Shown here: positions 48,801-60,800 of the stretch, piece by piece
How positions within the stretch are numbered: the stretch's first letter is position 1
Layout: each line of letters opens with the position of its first letter
Source: Perna viridis
Taxonomy: Eukaryota
Length of the DNA stretch: 64,000 nucleotides
Assembly (NCBI GenBank): GCA_037379345.1
Contig: CM074523.1
Coordinates: forward strand, 26,256,995-26,320,994
Reading direction: 5' to 3'
Translations under genes and position numbers: made by a program
The notes under the pieces: model-generated
Databases searched by the model: none
Seen by the model: only the letters and a program-made list of their open reading frames with translations
Told to the model about the DNA's origin: nothing

Positions 48801-51800
48801 TTTTCTGATGTTGCTGGTATTTCTGCATGATACTTGACAGTGTCTCTTCCCCATCAATTCCGGGTCTATACATTTCTTTCTTACCATCCTTTTTCTTTTT
48901 CTTGTCAGCATCCTCATCTTTGTCTTTTAGAGGACTTTCAGCTGTAACACTCTTTTTGGTTGCTGGCATTGCAAACTGTACCTTACTGCCAGTTAGAGCG
49001 GCAGGATTAAAGAACCTTCTGGTGGACTTCAGTACAGGGTTAGTAGCTGCACCTGTCACTGAGGCCTGAGCAGCCTTAGCTTGCTTCTGTTTGATTCTCT
49101 CCAGTAATTGTTGAGCTGTAGTTTTTGTAGGATAAGAAGGTTTCTCTGCTTCAGGCTCAGGCTCAGGTTGTGGATTATGTTTTATCTCTGTCTCTGGTTC
49201 AGGCTGTGATACTACCTCAACTTTTGGTTGCTCTACAGGTGGTACTGGTACGAAACCTTTTGGCTTAGGTGGCTCCGGCTCAGTTGCTTGCTCAGCTGCT
49301 CTATTCTGGCGAAACACTTGCATCAATTCTTCTGCTGCTTTTTGAGCAGGAGTTTTGTTCTCATCAAATGGTTGAGAAGGTGCAGACTGAATAGGTGTAA
49401 GTTGGGCAACAACTGGAGGAGCTGGAGCAGATTCCTGAGCTAGTGAATGGGCAGAGTACAGCTGAGTAGGGAAAGCCACAGTTGGTGGTGGTGGTGGTGG
49501 CTGCGAGTCTGAAGGTCCTGTTGAAAATTTTGGATTCATGAACTTTGATGTGGGTGCAGGAGCTGCAGAATACACTGTTGGAGGGGCCGATACTGTAGCT
49601 TGAGATGAGAATGTTGTTGGTCCTGCTGCATAAACAATTTTAGTTTCTTCCTCCTGTCCTTGTACCAATGGTGATGATTCAGTTGTCTCTGCAGTGTCTA
49701 TTTCCATGTCATCTGACTTACTTTCCTCTTCTTTAGGAGGAGGTGGTACAGGAATGTTCTCTGGTTTAGGCTCCTCAGGAGGTGGTGGTGGAGGAGGGAA
49801 CGGCATCACCTGTGGAGGTGGCGGCTGTTCATAGTACTGCTGAGGGGGAGGCAATGGTTGTTGCTGCATGTGCATCATTGCAGGATCCATTGGTGGTGGT
49901 GGCGCATGAGGCTGCATCATGGCTGGGTCCACTGGAGGGGGAGGGGCCTGTGGTGGCATCATTGTTTGGTCCATGGGTGGTGGTGGTGGTGGGTACTGCG
50001 GAGGCGGAGGAGGTGCTCCAGCCATTGGAGGTTGTCCCCACTGTTGCTGCTGGTCTCCCATCATCGGTGGTGGTGGGGGATAATATTGTTGATCAGCAGG
50101 TGGCATCATCTCTCCTCCTGGAGGCGGCATGGCCTGCATAGGTGGAGGAGGCATAGGACCAGGATAACCTGGAGGTGGCTGGTATGGTCCTTGCTGAAAT
50201 GGTGGAGGGCCCATATGTGATGGTGGTGGTCCTGGAGGGCCATAGTCTGGAGGTGGAGGTCCAGGAGGGTACTGCTGTTCAGGGGGGCCAGGTGGGGGCC
50301 CAGGGGGAGGGGTTGGCAACAGTCCTCCTCTTGGTCTTGGTGGTGGTGGTCCATGAGATCCTGGTCCAAACCCTGGTGAATCTGGTCGTGGTGGACCACG
50401 GTCTCTATGGTAATGATATCTATCATAGTGCCTTCTGTCATCTTCAAATGGTGGAGGTGGACCATGTCTGTCATACCTGTCATGGTAATCCCTGTAAAAG
50501 AAAGTTTATAAATCACTATTTTTGTAATTGTTTTGTATTTTGTCCAAGGAGAGTTGTATCCAGTCAAGGACAGCCACATTGAGTGGGAGCCTAATATACT
50601 CATTTAAAGGCCAAACATGTCCTGTCAAGGAATAAACGTGTCAACTTGTGCATTCAACAATATTTCAATCATGTTTAATGTGAGTGATTAAAAGTAATAG
50701 GTTTTAATATAGGTAAATACCTGAAAACATTGTACAAATCTACATGTACACTGTATTGAAAACCCCAACTGGACAAGATACATATGTTGAGTACAATTAT
50801 GATATATTGAATAAAATACATGTGTATAAAGTTATCTTAAGATTGCTTCTAATTCACTGATCAAGTGTCTTAAGAATATATATGTATAAACATTCAGATT
50901 TTTTATGCAATTGGTGATGAAATTAGAAAATGATTCCAATTATTGCAAATGTATAGTATACAATGTACCTTTCCACTCTAGTAGTATTTGTGTAGTACTC
51001 AAGTTTACCATTTACAAGGAGCCATATAACATTTTCTCTTTCATATTATCATATAACTAACATATATAGTCATAAAAACTAACAAACAAATTATTTCAAT
51101 CAGATTACTGAATCAAAAGAACCAATGGTTGCCAATAAAAAAGGTGGAGTGAGGTGTTCTAGGATTTTTCAGAAATTGGTTTTCTCGGGAAAAATCCATA
51201 TAAAATCAACTTTCCCACAGTCAATGACTGCTTTCCTAACAAAACAAATCCTTACAGCATATGAAGTTTTCAACTTGCCACGGGAAAGAGTAACTAAGTA
51301 CCTAACTTTCCCTGACCCATATTTCACTTGCCCCGGGTAACCGGAAATAAGAATCCTAGAACACTGGAGTGGTCATAAGCATTTGTGTCCAAAGTGCCTA
51401 TGGTTCATAAAAGACAACCATATTCAATATAAAAGTAGTATATAACCATGATACTGACCCTGGTGGTCCATATCTTCCCCTGTCATAATCATCATATGGA
51501 GGTCTGTCATATGGGGGTCTGTCATAGGGTGGGCCGTCATAAGGAGGTCCATCTCTCCTTGGTCGGTACCGCCAGTCATCTTCAAAGGGAGGAGGGGATC
51601 CCCTGAATCTTCTGCGGTCATATCGATCATCATCATAGGGTGGTCGGTCATCAAATCTGGGACCTCGACCTGAAATATTACAATGATAAATTTGACAATA
51701 CATGCCTAAAAAATCTGAAGATTTTAAATGCAGCAGTCAAATTAAGGCAATAAATGATTAGTTCCAGAATCTCATGCCTCCAATGCCAATGCTATTAAAG

Positions 51801-54800
51801 ATACATCAAAATTAATTAATTAAAAAAAAAAAACATCAATATATATCGATTCCTTTTGCAACCGCCTTGTTTAAAAAATGGAAATCTGAAAATGAAATAT
51901 TTCAAAGAAATACTGTTAGGGAACATTATTTAAGTAGCTGGAGATTCAAGATCTTATCATCTTAATTGCCTCAACAGTCAACATAATTGCCAACCCCCTC
52001 TCCATTTTTATTCTGTACATAGTATTTGGAATTCAGTGACAATGTGCTTTTTACTGCACAAAGAGAGAACATAAATTAATTTCAATTTGAGTTTATAGGG
52101 TTTTAACTAGCATGCTTAGGGTTGATAGTCAATTCTTGTCTCGATCATCACTTCAATCCATTGATGGCACACGTGCTCAATTATCTTTCGATGATAAGCG
52201 TCGTCAGTTTGGATCAAATCGGTTAACACGGTTCAAAAAGATGTAATGTAGATGACTGAAGCTGCTGAAGACAGTTGAATATATGCTGTTAGTGCAACAT
52301 TGTAACAACGATTTGAGTAAATTTTATCAAATACTTTGGTGTATGATCGCAGGGTTTTTCAGTCAAGAGGGCTGGCAATATGTTCACAAAACATCCAAAA
52401 ATATAATGAACATGGGCGCCAAATTTACCTCGTGTACAGCTTGGGCAAATTCAACCTATGATCTTTCCGTGTCCCTCTTGTAGGCCATATACATTTATCT
52501 GGATAAAGCCCTCATAACATAAGCACTATAATATTAGTATTCAATTTGTGAAGAGTGAAAATTCTTGCTGCTTTTTTGGAGTTGTGTACATATTTTTCCA
52601 ATCACACATGTAACTTTTCTGATTTTCTTTCCTGTTTAGAATTCAAGAGCAATGACATGTTGGATAATGTTTCACGGAATTCAAACATTGAGTTTGTACA
52701 GGTACATGTAGTGTAATGCACTATATTATTTTGGACATTGTCGATGTACAATGATGAAAATTCTCTGACAGTTTTAATGTTCCTCTAATATTTCAAATTT
52801 TATCTATTTTAATTGCGACATTACCAATTACCAATTAAGAAGGCAAAAAGTGCAAGATACACCCAACCCCCCTTTTTGGTGCTTCAAACCCAAAACTCTG
52901 AAACAAATAACAAAAACATGAAACAGATCAATAGGAAACTATATTCCTTGAAGACAAACATTCCACCAAGAAATTAATGAAACCCCTCAGTGACTTTGTT
53001 ACACAGAAGGACGTGTATGTAGACAGACAGACATGCGGTACATGTATGTCCATCAGAACAAAAAAAAAGTAGGCACATAGAGGGATATCATCTTAATGTA
53101 TTACCAGACATGATTAACATGTATATGGAACAATAGCAATGTACAAGTACTTATTGCTTAAGTGTAAGTATTCATAAGAATCAGGCAAAATAGGAAAAAA
53201 TCAGATACATGTCAAAAACCCACAGATCTGACAATATAATTTCACTCAAGGATTCTTTCTCTATTTGAAAAGATTATTATTTGATCTTTGCACCAATGCA
53301 TTTGCTCAAAAATTTTTCAATAGAATGTTTGAAAAAATAGAATTTTGACAGAGTCATCTGCCCTTGAAATGTTCACTTTTTGTGCATTTTAATGAAATTT
53401 TAATTCAATCTACCAAAATGATATGGAAAATCTTGTCTTTTTTCCCTGATTCTTATGGTGCAATCAAGTCAAATTAAACGTTCAAAATGGTGGGTTTTTT
53501 CATACCATGTTTCACCCACTGCCTGATTGTTATACAGACCGACACTAAATATCAAAGTACTGGTAATTATTGAGTAAATGCAAGAATGCTAACTTTAAAA
53601 TCCAGATTTGACATAGCGAATGAAAATCAACAGGTCTTTATTTGTTATGCTGGAAGGAAATGACATCAGCCGATATTAAGTTGAAGTAGACACTGATATG
53701 TATTGAACAGGTTAGACAAATTTCATTGAATTTCAAGACGTGCTGAAACATATAACACATTTATTTTAAAGTGTGGTTATTTTTTTCCTGTACAATCTTA
53801 AAAACTAATTTCTCACTGTGAATTTTATTTTAATCATTCAACTTCAGTTACTGCTCATATTATTGATACTTTTTGACATTCATTGGTTTCTTTCGTCAGG
53901 ATCTTTGAATTTGTACAAAGACATGTCTGAGTAAGTGAGTGGAAAGAGAAGATACATATGTTACATGTAGATGAACATACATATAGATAGATAAGAACCA
54001 AATTGTAAAAAAGCCATAAATACTGTAAAGGCAGGAATTATCACATGCAATAATTATTGCAGCAATGACATTTTTGAACAAGAATGCAGATCAAATTTTA
54101 GTAAAATTAAGAAAAATCCTGCTATGCTCAATAATGCTAATTCTAATAACATGTTCTGCATAATCAATTCTGTCACAACTTTGCAATAATCCAAACATTG
54201 CAATAATTTCATTATTTACAGAACTGCGATACTAATTCTAATGTACCTGTGTACATAATATGTACATATAAACTGTGTAATACGTGTAACACAAGTGAAC
54301 ACCATTAATGTTTTGAGACAAGTTTGAAGGCAATTTTTTTTTTTTGAAGACATGAATCACAGTTTTTAATGCCTACCTTAATACAAATATATATTAATTA
54401 TGTTGTACATATGATGTATTCCTAAATATAACTGGCTACTATCATTTTATAAAATATTTTTACACAGCATCTACTAGAGTATTGTTTGCTCATTCAACTT
54501 CAATTTTCTCTGTACTTTCCGTAATTTATCTAATCTTCTCTGCAGACCTATAACCGCTTCCTGATTTACTGCACACATGTACAGGTATAAAAGCTCCGAT
54601 TTAAATGCATAGGACGTGAAAAAAAAATTCACAAGGAATACACATCTATTCTACTGTAGTAATTTGCATAAAGTGGCGTGGTTAAGTACTGTGTGTGTGG
54701 CAGAGGAGTAAAGCTAGAAATAACAAATACATGTAAATTCTGTGCGCAGTAGATATAGTCAGTTTGATACATATACTCTGTATTTCAGATTTTTTTCTCT

Positions 54801-57800
54801 TGTACTTGACATGTAGTCTTTGCCGTTTGATTTCAGAGTAATAAATTTTCTTAAACAACGGATACAGTTTAAGGAAAAGTACATGATAAAATCTCCATAG
54901 CTTATAATACAAATGTAGGCCTGAGGACCATAAACTAGAGAACTTAAAAGACAAAAATATTCTTCAATTCAGTGGTATTCAAAACCAAAAAAAATTCTGA
55001 ATCCACTCAAGTTAAGAATATTCCCTGCCTTTTTCCATGTTAGGTGGTGAAGCGGCTAGTTCACTCTAAATCATTCAAAGCAAAAAAAATACCGTAAGAG
55101 AGTTAATCAAAATTCACAGAGACTCAATCAAGTTCAATGGTTGTTTTGCATCGGTCTAGCCTTTAATCTTGATAATCTAAAATATCCAGATAAATAGCCA
55201 GACTGTGGTAAAATGAAGATTAACCTTGAAACTTTTGTGAAATATTTTCACTCTAATAATATAAAAAATATCAGGCTGTCAGTTGTTGAATGCATTCCTT
55301 ATAATACATGTATTTAATTAAATTGATAGTATTCAGTGAAAATGAAATACTGCAGGACTGACAGACATGTCTGGTGAAAATACCTTCGGAGCTGTAAAAT
55401 AAATATTTTTTCCATTTGCCCAAATAGAAGAAAAGTTCACGATATGAGATTCGGTCTGGTAATCTCTGAATCGATTTCGCATACACTGTAGTGTTCCAGA
55501 TTTATGTGAATGGCCTTGCAGATCTATCTGTTTTACCAAAATAACTATCATTCTGTGTGTTTGGACCACAAATGACAATGCATTATATCAGTCTATAATA
55601 ATTTTGAACTTGGTGATACTCCTCTCATTAAAAGAAATTATCTTTTCAAAATGTATCATTTGCATTTAAAACCATACAAATTACAGAGAATCCTAAACAA
55701 CATCTAATTGTACTTAACTACATAAACAAATAATATTTAATATGTGTAGAATTATGCCCTGCTCTTAGTCTGGACTCTGTTAGATGGTTTTTTTTTCTAT
55801 TGTTAAAATGTTGTTTTCTATGTAATCAAATTGATTGACTTGTATATCTAAGGAGGATCTGTAGTTTTGTTGTCCATTTTTATAGATCAATAGTACAAGC
55901 AGGTTGCACTTTGATCCATGTGGATGAATACATGGTATTTTGTTGTGCTTTTCATAAAACAATTATGTTAAAGAGTTCTTGTATTACAGCATTTTCCCGA
56001 CTTACTTGTTCAATTTTGTACGCCACTCATTTGACAAATGATAATATATCTCTTACTGTATTAAACCATGGTATTCTCTTACTTTTTTAAATATTGTATG
56101 CAAAAGAAAACTGCACACACATACATTGCATTAAAATGACAATCTGTGAAAAGAGCAATTTAAGTATTCATAAGTCTTTCAGTTGTAAAATTAAAATTGG
56201 ATTTACAATCTATCAACATATGTACAGATAATTCATTTTCTCTCACTTTTACAATTATCACTTCAGAGTGTGATCTCCCAGCAACATTTTTTGTTAATGT
56301 TGTCCAACAGACTTCAAATGTAGTGCAAACTGAGAAAATAAGAACATAACTTTATCCAAGTAAAGAATAGTTCAATCATAAGAAATATTGAAAACTCCAA
56401 TAGACCTACCTGGTCGATCTCCATGATCAATTCTTCTAAATGGATTGTCATCAAAACGAGGGAGTGCATCTCTACCAAAATCATCATCTTCATCATCAAA
56501 TCTTCTCCATCCTCTACCACGACCACGTCCACGACCAAATCTATCATCAAACTCCTCCTCAAACCTCTTTTCCTCGTCGCTATCCCCCTCACCATGATGC
56601 CATCTTGGTTTTTCATCTCTTCCCTCCCTATCTTCATACCTTGATGGCAAATCAGCCATTCCTAATTGGTAAGCATTCAATTAACAACTTATTCATACCG
56701 TAAATGTACTAATTTTCGTGGTGTACAAAGTTTTGTTATTTTCACAGTGGATTTTGCATTTTGCATTCGTGGCGTTGTCAAAATCACAGCATATTTCACA
56801 TACAATGTACATTGTACAAATGCAAGTAGTATCCTCAAAATGTGTCTGCATTTTTCATATACACTTTGTTTTCAAAGTGTGCCAGCTATAATATTTAAAA
56901 AGCAATTCTGTCAACATGGGATTTGAAATGGTTTATGAGAAGGTCATTTGTTTTAATTTACTTAGTTCATAGTCTTTTACAGCGAGTATTTACAAAATAA
57001 TACAACAAGTTATTAAACTGAAACTTCAAATTAATTCTTTTTTAAATTCATGAGAACAAAAACATCATCATTTCTAAATCTTTGATATTGTAAAATAAAT
57101 TATCATGCGTGTGACATTTACAGAAATGTATTCTGATATTAAGTAAAACATAAAGATACTTATGAAACACGGGTTCAGAGTTGATGTACATTTGTAGATG
57201 AATTCTTCATTAATACAGTATTTTTTTAAGATGAGAAATACAAATGTAGAATAAATGATTTGTCAGAAAATGAAACCTGTAATAAGATTCTGAAGTTCAC
57301 TAACAGATTATTATGCTTTTCCTTACACAGGGTTGTCCTGCAATCAAAAAGAACCAAGTCCAACCAGATGACTTGATTTTTTTCTACTTTATAATTGCTG
57401 ATTTGATCGATCTCATGTTTTTACAGGTGTTTACATTTCTCCTCTTTAAAACCTGAAAAACCTTCAGTAACTTGACTCATATTAAACCCATACCTTCATG
57501 ATAATAGGTTTGGTCACTTGGTCTTCTAACTTTACCAAATTGAGTGGGGAAGTCAGTCATGGATACATTCCCTTCTTCATCTTTCTCCTGTTCTTCTGAG
57601 GGAGGTTTATCTTGATCCTCATCTGGAGGTTTCTCTGGACCATCACTGGGACCAGTAGGTGGTCCTTCTGATGCAGGAGGTCCTGGAAGGTCTACCTCTG
57701 GGGCAGGGTCCGGCACTGGTGCTTCAGCTGCTGCCCCTCCACCTCCTCCTTCACTGGAAATAAATATAAAATCACTGATTAAACGAGATAAAATAGTTTA

Positions 57801-60800
57801 TATAGCAAGGACTTTAAATATATTTGACTTATTTTACTCTATTCTAACAATAACCAGTACATTTAAGTCATGTATCAATATTTAGTACATAAACAATGTC
57901 TTCATAGAAGTGTTGTAGGGTTTTGCCAAATTTTCAGGTAAGGTGAATTTTGACACTTGATGATTACTGATGTTTGCAGCTGAAACATACCAATGGATTG
58001 ATAAGCAAAGGAAAACACTGCGTAAAACTAGTGCTCACCTGAAACTCACATTTTTCACTTATTAAATATTTGATTTCAGGAATAAAAAAAGTATTTTAGA
58101 AATTGAAAGGTTTTCCCTATCTGCTATGGCTGTTAACATGAAAGCCAAAAACTGAAAATACGGCTACTTCAAAGAAGTTATTTTTGACCATGACCAAGTT
58201 GAATTTACTGTACGGATGAACAATTCATCAATCAATTTTTTATCTTTCATCACACGGGTTGAAAATTTTTTTGGGAAGACCCGAGCCCTGGACTTTTTCA
58301 TCTTTTGTACACTAAGCCCGATGAATGTTGTGTCAAGTCCCAACCAATATAAATGCAATTTTGTTATCTGATATTCTTATGTATAATTCTATGTTTGCAA
58401 GGAAGAAGACACAGTGTCAATTGATTCCGTCTACAGGTCTGATGCCTTGTCATCAGCTTTCCGTTTCTTTAACCTCTAAACCCTGAAATTGTAATTGAGC
58501 AACAATATTTTCCTCAAAAGTTTATGAACTAAATTTGATCTTTATCATTCCAGTGCTTGATTAATAAAATTTGTAGTAAGTCAAAAAATGTGTCTGGTCA
58601 AGCACAGGTGTGATTCAGACTTGAGAATGACTAATCAATAGATCGATCTAGAGAATACCATTCTAAAAATAAGGTTATAACTATTTATAGGTCAGGGAAT
58701 AGATCGAGAAACATGGTCCAAATAATGACAACAAAATCTTTCAAAAAATAGTTTTTTATTTTTTCAGATTTGCCATGCCCGATGGACTTACTTCATTGAA
58801 AAACGGCAAGTCTGAGGTGCAATTTTTTTAGTCCCGGGGGTCGGGCTTGAGGAATTTTCAACCCCTGCATCATCTCAAATAGTTGGCTAAAAGCTATTAA
58901 TAAACATCATTTTTACCTTTCAAGGGCCTAACTCTAACAAGTTAGTGTTTTTGCCTGAAGGCATGCTTATTCAAGTGCCTTCAGGGTACTCAACCGGTAC
59001 AAATGGTTATATAGGGGGCACCCCATCTTGACATGGGGCAGTTTATTTTCTTATACATGTAATACACAGCTTTCACCCTAGCATGATGTTGTAAAATGTC
59101 ATAAATGTGTACAAACACAACAGATGTATACATGTAAGTTTATTTGCAAATCAATTAAAAAACAATTAATATATTCATATTATATGTTGGATTTTGCCAA
59201 GTGGAGGCACATTGTAAAATAATGAGGGCGGCATGGTGCTAGAAGACCAAGGCATGGTGCAGCACCACGCCAAATTGGTCTAAGGAAACCTCTAAAGGTG
59301 TTAACCTACTTTTCCCAAATGGAAACTTCTGTAGGCCTTATCAACTGAAACTCTTATGATTTAAAAGATAGTGGAGAAAAATATCTGCATTGAAGGGAGA
59401 TAACTTACAAGTAGTCATCCTACAACTTACATGTATCTGTAGAGCCAAACTGAGACTAACATCATAAGTATCACTTCATCAATCAATTTTATTTTCTATC
59501 TTGGTTTTCAAGATACATGCTAAGAGCAGCAATCAAAAGATGAAAAAAAAAAACAAGAGGCTCCCAGGAGCCTGAATTGCCCACCTGGTTGAATTTTGCC
59601 TTTCAATGGCAATAAATTTAAAAAGTCCAACAATTTTGACTCAAGAAGTCTTTGGTAGGGCTTATCATAAGGATCATTTCAAAAAATTTCTTTTAATCTA
59701 TCATAGTTTTCAAGATATTGACTGAAAACTGCTAAAAAAAGTCATTTTTCCCCTTTCAAGGCCAATGACTCTTACAAGGAGTCAGGTCTCACTAAACACT
59801 TCCGGGTCAAATGGCCAACCCCCTATTTAGTACCAAAAATACACTGAACCTAGAAATATGCATTGTAAATACATTATTTGTGTGTATTCTGATCAAAAGT
59901 GGTTAAAATAAAGCTGAGAATGTGTACTTTAAAATTATTTTTGTAATTTACTACAAAAGTGAATGAATATTGTTTACATGTGTGAGTGATTTGCCTCCAT
60001 GCTGTCAGTTAGCAGAAAAGGTAAAGATGATGATTTTCAGTTTTTTCTTTTTTATTCAAGTAAATTTTGTGAAGAATTTCTAAGGTCATTGTACCATTAG
60101 AATAATGATTTTGAAAGCCTTCTTTTCCAAGCTTTGCAATGTTATGCAACTTTCAGGTGTCATTTGTCTTGGGAATTCACAGTTAAACATTGAAAATTAC
60201 TTGTTTAACATGTCCAGTATTAGAAACTTTAGAAGTGTTAGTGAGACCTTATCTGACAACTTTTATCCCTGAAGACTTTTGTAGTCCTAATAATAAGGAT
60301 CATTTCAGCTATTGAAAGAATTTGGCTAAACCTAATGGTCTTGGAGATATATGCCAAAAACTACTGTCTGACCCCTACACTGTATGTTCTATTTTAAGTT
60401 ACGGCTGCCATGTTTTTTGACGAATCAAAAATCCCCGCATCAGTTCTACGCACCATGTTTGAATCCAAGTAATCAAGTAATGTCAGAGGAGAAGATTTTT
60501 GATAGAAATAACATTAAAAATAGCAAATATCATCGAAAAAAGGACAACAACTCCAACATGGCTTCATGGATTAAAACCAAAATTTGACCAGAGATAGATC
60601 TTATCATGCTGAACACTTGTGCCCATGTCAGAATTTAGTTTAACATAACAGTTTTGGAGATATACACGTGTGAAAAACTACTGTTTGACCCCTATGTTCT
60701 ATTTTTAGTAAGGGCAGCCATGTTTTCGACGAATCAAAAATCTGCACATCAGCTCTATGCAGGATACCCCAAGGAACATATATATACCAAGTTTTGTTCT

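Noticed and set aside
37963-50319. 4118-aa ORF as a stand-alone gene
   Set aside because: It starts at TTG, and its stop lies within a GTAAG donor that splices in phase to the AWS exon.
38015-50582. Many plus-strand and alternative-frame ORFs (up to 332 aa)
   Set aside because: Shadows of the low-complexity giant exon.
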